Source: Chloroflexota bacterium (GTDB taxonomy: Bacteria > Chloroflexota > Dehalococcoidia > Lucifugimonadales > JADFKI01). Taken from it: a stretch of 64,000 nt of DNA. The DNA is taken from NCBI GenBank assembly GCA_027623195.1, contig JAQBUT010000013.1, positions 13,300 through 77,299 of the forward strand, given 5' to 3'. The translations under genes and the position numbers were made by a program. The notes under the pieces were generated by a model. It did no database searches, was not told the origin of the DNA, and was given only the letters and a program-made list of their open reading frames with translations. Below are positions 19,353-27,674 of the stretch, piece by piece (the stretch's first letter is position 1; every line of letters begins with the position of its first letter).

Positions 19353-19441
19353 GAACGTTAACAGGGGACATTGAGGATTGGCGTTGCGGGCTTGCTCGGC
19401 ACCCCGATCCTCAGTGCCCTGTCAGCGTCAACCATTGAAAG

Positions 19442-20068
19442 GTGAAATCGTCTGTGACAGGGCAACCAGTACCGGACCTCATACGACGCATCCTTTCTGA
19501 GAATCCTCACAAGTCCTTAAGTGATCCCTCTCTCACTCCAGCCGGGGTGACGCTTCTGCTCTACCCCAAAGACGGCCTGCACTGCGTCCTTTTGCAAAAA
19601 AGGTCCCAGTTGGTGGAGCACCACAAGGGGGAAATCTCCTTTCCAGGTGGCATGAAGGACGCAACCGATGTGGACCTCCAATACACGGCCCTGCGAGAGG
19701 CTCACGAAGAGATGGGTATTCTCCCCGAGCACATAGAGGTGCTAGGCCAGGTGGACGATGTATCCACGATCTCTAATTTCGTCGTAAGTACGTTTGTGGG
19801 GACAATACCGTATCCCTACGAGTTCACGACCAGCGATGTAGAGGTAGCCGAGGTTCTGGAAGTCCCGCTGAATAACCTGATGGATAGGGCTAACAGGCGT
19901 GACGAAGTACGTCTAGTAAATGGTAAACTAAACTATGCTCCGGTTTTCGCCCATCAAGGGCACATAATATTTGGGGCAACCGCTAAAATTTTGGACCAGT
20001 TCCTAGCATTGCTGGAGAACGCTCCCCATAAGGAGGCCCCGTGGCTGAAACATCAGCTCCCAAGATAG
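19442..20068 (+). CDS. Nudix hydrolase, CoA pyrophosphatase-like (NudL/Nudt7 type)
   Basis: 208 aa. VLLQKRSQLVEHHKGEISFPGG fits the CoA-Nudix flank LLTxR[SA]x3[RK]x3Gx3FPGG with the correct spacing and two substitutions. The Nudix box is GGMKD......ALREAHEEMGI. The start is uncertain (GTG 19442 or GTG 19454). Confidence 0.8.
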   Translation: MKSSVTGQPVPDLIRRILSENPHKSLSDPSLTPAGVTLLLYPKDGLHCVLLQKRSQLVEHHKGEISFPGGMKDATDVDLQYTALREAHEEMGILPEHIEVLGQVDDVSTISNFVVSTFVGTIPYPYEFTTSDVEVAEVLEVPLNNLMDRANRRDEVRLVNGKLNYAPVFAHQGHIIFGATAKILDQFLALLENAPHKEAPWLKHQLPR

Positions 20069-23000
20069 AAGAAATAAGGGCTGAACTGGCGAAATTTCCC
20101 TCCTCCGTTCTGGAAGAGTTCGAAAAGGCGCTTTTGAAGATGCCCGATAACCTCACTGAGCCGCAGCTAGCGGACTGGGCGGGCGCAGGACGGGACCTTG
20201 CTCAAAAGACGGTTCGCTCCTGGGAGGCATCTGCTCAGTATTTCAAGGTGAGTCCATCGGTTCTGGGCTTTATGCCGCTGAACTACTTCTTCAAGTGGAC
20301 AGACTGTGGTCAGGCCTTGTGCGCGGAGTCGCCAACACTGGCCGCTGCGTTCTTCGAGGCCAGCCCCGGCACTATGAGCAAATTGCGGTCCCGCCACATC
20401 GAGAGTTGGTCGGGGCTCGGTCGAAGCCTTTATAAAGGAACTTGGAAGTCCAGCACATTGGCCTGCAAGTTCTTTCAGTCCAGTCCCGTTCTACTGGAAC
20501 ACCTGAGCTTTCCAGAGCTGGAGCGCTTTGCTTCGTTCCTGGACTCTCTGTCTCACCGCTCATATGATCTTGCATCCGAGTGCCTGACGCTGGGCCAGGG
20601 GATATTCCCGCTTATTGGCGAGGACCGAGCGGCGTTCATATCGCTGGCCTCCACGCTGGTGGAAACCGGATGGCGCGAGGTCAAGAGCTTCTTCGAGGCG
20701 GGTTCACGAGCGCTACCCCGCGTAGAGAGTGGGCAGCGCCTGCGCTTCCTTAAAATGGCGGAGCAGCTAGTCAAGAACGGCGGCACGAATATCCCTGGCG
20801 TCATGTTGGAAATATCCAAAGCCCTGTCTCAGATAGAGCCTCACCAGCATGCCCATATATTGGGATTGGGTGAGGCGCTGATGGTGCATTCGGCCCTTGC
20901 GGTCCCCGAGTTCATCAAAGCCTGCCCCCAGGCCCTGGAAAAAGTAACCATGTCTCAGTTGGAGAAGTGGTTCTCCGAAGGGGTGGGGATTTTGGAGCAG
21001 AACCAGGACGGTGGTTTGGCCTACTTCAAGATGGAGTCTGCCCGTTCAGAAGAGATTCTGGAAGGGCTCTCCTCAGGTGTTGAATACGGTCGCATCAAGG
21101 ACGTGATGGAGATGTACTGCCGTGCCATGGCGGGCGCTGACATAAAGCTTGCCGAGGCCGTTGACCTGGTAGAAAAGAACATAGGTTGGGTCTCCAATGA
21201 GGCTCCCTCCACTGAGGGCACCACGGTGTTTGTGCCTTCCCTGGTGGATAAGTACGGTTCCAAATCCGACAACTTCTCCTGGTACAAGGTCGTATCCACG
21301 CACCAGGTAGCGCATATCGAGTTTGGTAGCTTTATTTTCGATTTTGATACGCCGTCTATTTTCTTTACGGACCGACGACAGGAGCTGGAGCAGCAGAAGG
21401 TACAGATGCCTGAAGGTTCCCGCCAGGAAATGCCTGAGGTGGATTCAGAGAGCGTCGAGCATGCGTGGGTGACGGATGCGCAACGCTTTTTTGACCTGTT
21501 CGAAGATAGGAAGCTGGCACTGGACATCTACACGGTCGTGGAAGACGCACGTCTGGATGCCAGGGTTAAGGTCGAGTATCCGGGCATACGCTTGGGGTAC
21601 GACCTGATTCAAACCAGTTCCCTTCACGAGCGCCCGGAGATTACCGATATGCCCGTAAGGGAGGCGCTGGTAGAATTTCTCGTGCGCCTGAGTCTGAACC
21701 AGTACAACGGGATACCTGCCCCGGAGCAGTTCGTGGACGAGGCGAAAGAGGTGGGCCGAATAATGCAGCAGGTGCTCAGGCCCGAAGCAACCATACAGGA
21801 TACGGCGGAGGCTTCGCTGCGAATTTACGCTATTATCGCCCAGATTCCCAACGAGGAGGTCCCTACGGAGGACTGGGAAGATGTCGATATGGACGATACC
21901 CAGAACGAGGAGTATCAGGACCCCGACGATATGGAGCAGCTCCTGCAGCAGATCTCTATGGGCATGGAAATGGAGATGAGGCCCGACAGCGAGCAGGAGT
22001 ACGACTCGACTGAAAACGTCGAGTTTAGGGGCGACTTCAAGCCCGAGCTGGTCCAAATGCTGACCGAGCTTCGCAGGCAGCAAAAGGAGGGTGGTTCCAC
22101 CGACGGAGAGCCGATCTCCCAGGAACAACTGGAGGAACTACTGAAGAACAGTGCAGAGTTGGAACTCCAGGCAACCCAGGGTGAGCTTCAGGAGTCCAGC
22201 AATATGATGGCCAACAACCTGATGAAAGAGGCCGGCCTAGACATGCCTCAGTCGCCTGAGTACGGCAAGGGGCCACTGGTGCATGTGGATGAGGACGGTG
22301 GCGCGTTGGAGGCAAACGAGCCACAGACCTTTGTTTACGACGAGTGGGACTTCCGTGCGGATGATTACAAGCCTCGCTGGTGCATCGTCCGTCAGAAGAC
22401 GATGGCAGAGGGCGATCCCACCTACTACAGTTCGACTCTGACCAATTACGGTGGCCTTGTCACGCAGATCCGACGTCAGTTCGAGATGATGGTGCCGGAG
22501 AATTTCCAGAAGGTTCGCAAGCTGGAAGATGGCGAGGAGATAGACATCGACGACCTCATAGAGGCGGTGGTGGACAGGAAGACTGGCGCCAGCCCTAGCG
22601 ATAAGTTCTACTGGCGGCGGAACAAGGTCCAGCGCGATGTGGCGGTGGCTTTCCTTCTGGACACCAGCGCATCGACAGCGGAGGCTATAGACGACGCCAA
22701 GAAGTCGCCTGACGACTGGGATGCCCCGGACGACCCCGTCGAGTACATGGTCTGGCTCAGGACTCGCCGAGGAGAGGCGATGCGTCGCTCCTACAAGCGC
22801 ATCATCGACGTCGAGAAGGAGGCGATTGTTCTTCTAATCAACGCCTTGGAGGCCATCGGCGACCTGTACGGCATATACGGGTTCAGCGGTTACGGTCGGG
22901 AGAACGTGGAGTTCTACACGATCAAGGACCTGGACGAAAACTTCTCAGAGAGAGTGAAGAAGCGCATCGACAGGGTTGCGCCGCTACATGCCACCCGCAT

Positions 23001-23322
23001 GGGCCCAGCCATTCGGCATACAACGTACAAGCTGGACAAGCAGGACGCGCGGACCAAGTTGATGTTCCTGATTAGCGATGGTCGTCCCCAGGACAGGGGC
23101 TACAGCCGTGAGGGCGTGGAGAAGGAATACGCAGTCCACGACACCAAGATGGCTCTGGACGAGGCAAAGGCTAAAGGTATTCAGTCCTTCGCGCTGACAG
23201 TGGACAAGAATGGCCACGACTACCTAAAGAATATGTGTGATGATATGGGCTACGAGGTATTGGACGACATCTACGAGTTGCCGTCCCGCCTGCTGTACCT
23301 GTATAAGAAGCTGACGATGTAG
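20041..23322 (+). CDS. CbbO/NorD-like protein with C-terminal von Willebrand factor A domain
   Basis: 1093 aa. GTG 20041 lies 4 nt after AGGAGG (20031-20036). It has N-terminal helical repeats, an acidic linker, the YDEWDFR...W motif, and a VWA domain with MIDAS residues (LLDTSAS, ISDGRPQD). Confidence 0.8.
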   Translation: MAETSAPKIEEIRAELAKFPSSVLEEFEKALLKMPDNLTEPQLADWAGAGRDLAQKTVRSWEASAQYFKVSPSVLGFMPLNYFFKWTDCGQALCAESPTLAAAFFEASPGTMSKLRSRHIESWSGLGRSLYKGTWKSSTLACKFFQSSPVLLEHLSFPELERFASFLDSLSHRSYDLASECLTLGQGIFPLIGEDRAAFISLASTLVETGWREVKSFFEAGSRALPRVESGQRLRFLKMAEQLVKNGGTNIPGVMLEISKALSQIEPHQHAHILGLGEALMVHSALAVPEFIKACPQALEKVTMSQLEKWFSEGVGILEQNQDGGLAYFKMESARSEEILEGLSSGVEYGRIKDVMEMYCRAMAGADIKLAEAVDLVEKNIGWVSNEAPSTEGTTVFVPSLVDKYGSKSDNFSWYKVVSTHQVAHIEFGSFIFDFDTPSIFFTDRRQELEQQKVQMPEGSRQEMPEVDSESVEHAWVTDAQRFFDLFEDRKLALDIYTVVEDARLDARVKVEYPGIRLGYDLIQTSSLHERPEITDMPVREALVEFLVRLSLNQYNGIPAPEQFVDEAKEVGRIMQQVLRPEATIQDTAEASLRIYAIIAQIPNEEVPTEDWEDVDMDDTQNEEYQDPDDMEQLLQQISMGMEMEMRPDSEQEYDSTENVEFRGDFKPELVQMLTELRRQQKEGGSTDGEPISQEQLEELLKNSAELELQATQGELQESSNMMANNLMKEAGLDMPQSPEYGKGPLVHVDEDGGALEANEPQTFVYDEWDFRADDYKPRWCIVRQKTMAEGDPTYYSSTLTNYGGLVTQIRRQFEMMVPENFQKVRKLEDGEEIDIDDLIEAVVDRKTGASPSDKFYWRRNKVQRDVAVAFLLDTSASTAEAIDDAKKSPDDWDAPDDPVEYMVWLRTRRGEAMRRSYKRIIDVEKEAIVLLINALEAIGDLYGIYGFSGYGRENVEFYTIKDLDENFSERVKKRIDRVAPLHATRMGPAIRHTTYKLDKQDARTKLMFLISDGRPQDRGYSREGVEKEYAVHDTKMALDEAKAKGIQSFALTVDKNGHDYLKNMCDDMGYEVLDDIYELPSRLLYLYKKLTM

Positions 23323-23352
23323 GGCGGTTCGCTGAATATTAGGAAACTGGAC

Positions 23353-23388
23353 AAAAAAGGAGTCGCCTGAAGGCGACTCCTTTTTTTC
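23353..23388. terminator. Bidirectional rho-independent terminator
   Basis: AAAAAA-GGAGTCGCC-tgaa-GGCGACTCC-TTTTTTT: a perfect 9-bp GC-rich stem with a tetraloop, an A-run on one side and a T-run on the other. Confidence 0.85.
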
Positions 23389-23593
23389 TTATAGTGCAGC
23401 GTCGTTCGGGATTCCAGCGCTTAGCAAGCGAAGCAAACCATATTCAACAAATCATGTTAAGTCATCGAAATATAGCTAAACTTATGCTGAAAGCGTAATA
23501 TAATTACGAGGAATGGGTGTTGGGTAAAGAGAGGGCACTTCAACGAGCTTCAATCGCGCGTATTGCCAACGAGATTCGCAAAGGGGGTAGCAA

Positions 23594-24658
23594 ATGTCGT
23601 TAAAGGTTGGAAACCTAGAACTGTTCATGGGGCCTAAACAGGCCGGAGGGCCAGACGATCTTGAGAAGGTTATCGTCGACTTCATTTCCAAGGCGACCAG
23701 GCGTCTGGATATAGCGGTGCAGGAGTTGGATTCCAGGCCCATAGCGGACGCCATCATCGCAGCCCGCCAACGAAAGGTGACCGTTCGCCTGGTTTTGGAA
23801 GGCGATTACCTTTCATCCACAAGGCGGCGCTCGGACCCTTACGTGGCCGGGGGACCCCACGAACCCAATCGCGAGATACATGCAGCGATGTTGAGGACGG
23901 CCATCAATGTAAAGTCGGACTACAACCCACATATATTCCATCAAAAGTTCATTGTTAGGGATAATGAGACCGTCCTGACAGGCTCAACAAATTTCACTCA
24001 AACGGGAGTGTCCAGCAACCTTAACAACGTGGTGATAATTCAGGACACGGATATCGCTAAGATTTACGGCCGCGAGTTTCGAGAAATTATGCAGGGGCAC
24101 TTCGGGAATCTCAACGAAGGTCACGACGCAAAGCCGCCGGAAAAGACAGTCTCCGGAATTCCATTAAAAGTATTGTTCGCCCCCGACCACGCCCCAGAGA
24201 TGGAGATCATGAAGCAGATGCTTAAGGCCAAAAATCGCATCGACTTCGCGGTGTTTACTTTCGCTGAGTCATCGGGAATCGATGATGCAATGCTCAGCGT
24301 GGCGGCTGGAGGGATAAAGATAAGAGGAGCCTTGGACGGCCTAAGCTCCAACAGTAAATGGGCGGCCACACATGGTCTGGCGGGTAAGGCCAACATCGAA
24401 CTTTTCAACGTTCGGAAGCAGACCACCGTTAACAAGCTGCACCATAAGCTTATGGTCATTGATGAGCGTGTGGTGATAGTCGGTAGCTTCAACTATACGG
24501 GGCAAGCTAACAGATTGAACGACGAGAATATTATCGTCTTGGGAGACTTGCGAGATGACGTATCTCAAACGTCCAAGAATAACCAGGAAAAAGTGGGGAA
24601 ATTTGCCTTGGACGAAATAGACCGTATCGTTCAGCAATTTGGCAGCGCCATAATTTAG
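23594..24658 (+). CDS. Phospholipase D / HKD-nuclease family protein with two HKD motifs
   Basis: 354 aa with a GGGGG RBS 6 nt upstream. The two HKD motifs are HQKFIVRDNETVLTGSTNFT and HHKLMVIDERVVIVGSFNYT...NDEN. There is no signal peptide or TM segment. Confidence 0.85.
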   Translation: MSLKVGNLELFMGPKQAGGPDDLEKVIVDFISKATRRLDIAVQELDSRPIADAIIAARQRKVTVRLVLEGDYLSSTRRRSDPYVAGGPHEPNREIHAAMLRTAINVKSDYNPHIFHQKFIVRDNETVLTGSTNFTQTGVSSNLNNVVIIQDTDIAKIYGREFREIMQGHFGNLNEGHDAKPPEKTVSGIPLKVLFAPDHAPEMEIMKQMLKAKNRIDFAVFTFAESSGIDDAMLSVAAGGIKIRGALDGLSSNSKWAATHGLAGKANIELFNVRKQTTVNKLHHKLMVIDERVVIVGSFNYTGQANRLNDENIIVLGDLRDDVSQTSKNNQEKVGKFALDEIDRIVQQFGSAII

Positions 24659-24708
24659 CCAATGGCCGAGACAAGGAGTTTCGGACGAGAGCTGTCCGCC
24701 ATTCAGCC

Positions 24709-25104
24709 TCAGGCCTGAAAAACCGTCGCCTCGCCTTTGAGGACCTCGTCGCCGGACTGGTTCTTGATGCTGATGTCTAGCTTGGCGATGCTGCGCCGGT
24801 TACTGGCCGACGTTACCGTTGCCTCGGCCATGATGGTGTCGCCGATGTATACAGGCTTTGGGAAGCTCCAGTTCTGACTCAAGAAGACGGTGCCAGGGCC
24901 TGGCATGTCCATGGCAACCATCGCGTGCAGAAGTCCCGTGGTTATGCCGCCCTGGCATATCAGCCCATCGAACCTGGTGTTGCTGGTGAACTCCTCGTCG
25001 AAGTGCAGGGGATTGTAGTCGCCAGTGATTTCAGCGTAGGACTGCACCATTTCCTTGGTGACTGTCATTTCCCGTTGAGCTTTCTGTCCGACTTCAAGAT
25101 CCAT
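24709..25104 (-). CDS. MaoC-like (R)-specific enoyl-CoA hydratase/dehydratase
   Basis: The start is set at MDLEVGQ (ATG 25104). YAEITGDYNPLHFDEEF is the hot-dog-fold hydratase motif. Confidence 0.85.
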   Translation of the reverse strand: MDLEVGQKAQREMTVTKEMVQSYAEITGDYNPLHFDEEFTSNTRFDGLICQGGITTGLLHAMVAMDMPGPGTVFLSQNWSFPKPVYIGDTIMAEATVTSASNRRSIAKLDISIKNQSGDEVLKGEATVFQA

Positions 25105-25235
25105 GATTCTTTTCCTATTCCCGTGTTCCCACCCGTGAGCCCTCAGCAAATCACAGGGCTTGGGTATAGCCCCTAGTCTTTGGCGCATCTAGGTTGATAT
25201 GTCTCCAACGATTGCGTTCCCAAGGCAATCCAATC

Positions 25236-26495
25236 TTAACGCCGCATGGAGAGGGATTGAGGAGGCAGGCCGTTTAGAAAACGGACTAACCCTAAAAGCG
25301 CGTGCGTCGAGGCGCGGCTACGCAACCTCAGCCTGCTGGTAGGGTAGTGGCCTGAGGTAGAAGACACGCTGTCGCCAATAGCGAACCCGATGTGCGACGT
25401 TCCAACCGGCCCGCTGGCGTCTGTTGGGTCGGCAACCAGGCCTGTGATCGCCAGGCCCACGTCAGCATCGAACAACTTACGAGCGGCCCTGGCCATGTCC
25501 TCCGCCACGTGAGCGTTGATGGGGCCGTATTCTTCTATTAGCTTCGGGTCGACACCATGCCCTTCTAGCAGATCGTCGCGGTACACCACAGCGCTTCCCT
25601 TTAGGAAGTGGCGACTCCCTTCTACGTCCGCAAGGTTGGAGGCCAGCAGGCCTCCTGTAAAGGACTCCATGATGCCGAGGGTGAATCCTTTCGCCTGGAG
25701 CAGCGATGCGGCCAGACTTTCCGGCGTATCATCGTCCGTGCCCCAGACGACGTCTTCGCCTATTACACGACGAATCTCCGTCTCCATCGGGCGGATTAGC
25801 TCCCAGGCCTCTGCGTCGGTGGGGGCGGTTGCTATGGCCCGCAGATGGATGCCGTCCTGTTTCGAGTAGATGCCCAAATACGGATTCTTGCTCTGAAAAA
25901 GCGGCGAAAGCATCTCGTCCAGACCGCCTTCGGATATGCCAAACGTCTTCAGGTTACGGGTGACGATGGCCACGTCAGGATTTCGCGCCTTGATCTTCGG
26001 ACCTATGGTGCTCGTCCACATGGGAAGAATCTCTCTGGGTGGGCCAGGCATGGCCACGATTACATGGCCGTCCTTTTCCGCCCACCAGCCTGGGGCGGTG
26101 CCGTGATCGTTGGGGACCGTTTGTGCCGACGGTATGAGCGTCGCCTGTTTGATGTTGGTCTCCGGCATGGGGAATCCCCGGTTGACGAAGAGGCCTTTGA
26201 GGTGCTCCAGCAGGTCATCTTGAACAGCCATCTCTTCGCCAAAGGCTGCCGCAATGCTCTCCCTGGTTAGATCGTCAGATGTCGGTCCGAGGCCGCCTGA
26301 AGTGAGGGTGATGTCGGAACGCTTCCAGGCCCGCTCAATAACTTCACGAAGCAGTTTGGGGTCGTCGCCCACCTTGGTCACCCACCGCACTTCAACGCCA
26401 ATTTTTGCCAACTCTGAGGCAAGAAAGGACGAGTTGGTATCCACAAGCTCGCCCATGAGAAGTTCGGTGCCGATAGATATGATTTCAGCGTTCAT
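25236..26495 (-). CDS. cinA: CinA-family protein (MoCF-binding domain plus NMN deamidase domain)
   Basis: 419 aa. MNAEIISIGTELLMGELVDTNSSFLA is the canonical CinA N-terminus, and a C-terminal PncC-like domain is present. Confidence 0.9.
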   Translation of the reverse strand: MNAEIISIGTELLMGELVDTNSSFLASELAKIGVEVRWVTKVGDDPKLLREVIERAWKRSDITLTSGGLGPTSDDLTRESIAAAFGEEMAVQDDLLEHLKGLFVNRGFPMPETNIKQATLIPSAQTVPNDHGTAPGWWAEKDGHVIVAMPGPPREILPMWTSTIGPKIKARNPDVAIVTRNLKTFGISEGGLDEMLSPLFQSKNPYLGIYSKQDGIHLRAIATAPTDAEAWELIRPMETEIRRVIGEDVVWGTDDDTPESLAASLLQAKGFTLGIMESFTGGLLASNLADVEGSRHFLKGSAVVYRDDLLEGHGVDPKLIEEYGPINAHVAEDMARAARKLFDADVGLAITGLVADPTDASGPVGTSHIGFAIGDSVSSTSGHYPTSRLRLRSRASTHALLGLVRFLNGLPPQSLSMRR

Positions 26496-26638
26496 ATTTG
26501 AACCTTGTCTAACGTATATTAACCCGGATCTTGAATATACCCGGCAAGTATAAGTGGCGGGAGGACTGTCGGGCAGCGAAAAGGCCGGACCGTAAGAGTG
26601 CGGCCTCCGCTAATCCTATATTACATTCAGGCGTAACG

Positions 26639-27658
26639 TTAATCGCCGTATGGTATGTCCTCGCCAAATGCCAGAACGGCGTCTACCCAGTCAGCGTTTA
26701 TTTCCAGCACTGGTTGGAAAGAATAACTGGATTCGTCCTTGGCGTAGTAATAAGCCCCATCGTCGGACTTATTGCCTAGAATCAACAACACGCCGTCCGT
26801 AAACGTCGTGCCCCGGTCTGTCTTCCCAGTGAACCTGATCTCAATTGCGGTGGAGTCTTCGGTGATGCCCCACGGAGAGTAATCCCGGTCATCCACTCTG
26901 GGCTGGGCCACCGAGATATGCTCGGCTCTGCCCACTCTGGGGGAGAATTTATCCCAACGTTCCTCGTCGATAGGGCGCAATACCGGGTCGTTGGCGAAGT
27001 CCTGAACGAACCAGCCACCCTGCCTGAAGTTTTGCGCGAAGGAGATTCTGTGGGTGCCCTCTAGGGCAGGGTCCCCGTAATGGATATTAAGCTCCGCGAT
27101 TGTTGATGGGCTTCGCTGCTCATACCATTTGGGTATCGGCGGCTCGTATGCAAGCCGGCTGATGACATCCACCCACGTCGACGTGATTAGAAAAAGGTCT
27201 GGGAATCCTTCAACCTGGCTGTAATTATGGTTTCCGTCGGTGGTTACATCGCCTAATCGAAACTGCAGGGACCGGTTGGAGGTCAGGCCGACTTCTACTA
27301 TGGTGTCTGGTTCGTCAAGCCCATACTCCGCCGGATCATCGATCACAGGCCGGAATGTCGTAAGGTCGCGCTTGGTTCCAGGACCGCTCAGGAGCAGCGG
27401 AACGCCTCCCCAGCGTATGAAGTTTGGCGGTATATCTGCAGGATCGTCGAATGCCCAGGTGTGCGGGCCTGATTTATGAAAGCGGACGATGCTGCCCCTG
27501 TAGTTGACCATGATAGTCTCGATGTCATCTTCCGAGACCTGGTAAAACCAGGGAGACTTTGTCTGTTGCTCAGGCACCGATTCAAAGGGATTGATCCATG
27601 CAACGACGCCAACAGCTATCGCAATTATTATCAGAACACCGGTAATTTTGAAATTCAT
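26639..27658 (-). CDS. DUF4340-like membrane-anchored protein (GldG-operon partner)
   Basis: The start is set at MNFKITGVLIIIAIAVGVV (ATG 27658). It has a single N-terminal TM and sits directly downstream of the GldG-like gene, as I recall is typical for DUF4340 proteins. Confidence 0.65.
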   Translation of the reverse strand: MNFKITGVLIIIAIAVGVVAWINPFESVPEQQTKSPWFYQVSEDDIETIMVNYRGSIVRFHKSGPHTWAFDDPADIPPNFIRWGGVPLLLSGPGTKRDLTTFRPVIDDPAEYGLDEPDTIVEVGLTSNRSLQFRLGDVTTDGNHNYSQVEGFPDLFLITSTWVDVISRLAYEPPIPKWYEQRSPSTIAELNIHYGDPALEGTHRISFAQNFRQGGWFVQDFANDPVLRPIDEERWDKFSPRVGRAEHISVAQPRVDDRDYSPWGITEDSTAIEIRFTGKTDRGTTFTDGVLLILGNKSDDGAYYYAKDESSYSFQPVLEINADWVDAVLAFGEDIPYGD

Positions 27659-27674
27659 TCCGCCCGTCCGCCTC

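Noticed and set aside
21445-22128. 227-aa minus-strand ORF
   Set aside because: It is antisense inside the CbbO/NorD-like gene. Its Leu/His/Arg-rich composition mirrors the acidic sense-strand linker.
18462-23322. Naming the Q/O pair a Rubisco activase (CbbQO) or NO-reductase maturation system (NorQD)
   Set aside because: The family membership is clear, but no Rubisco, carboxysome, nor or cox genes are present in the window. A specific functional name would therefore be unsupported, and I kept family-level calls.
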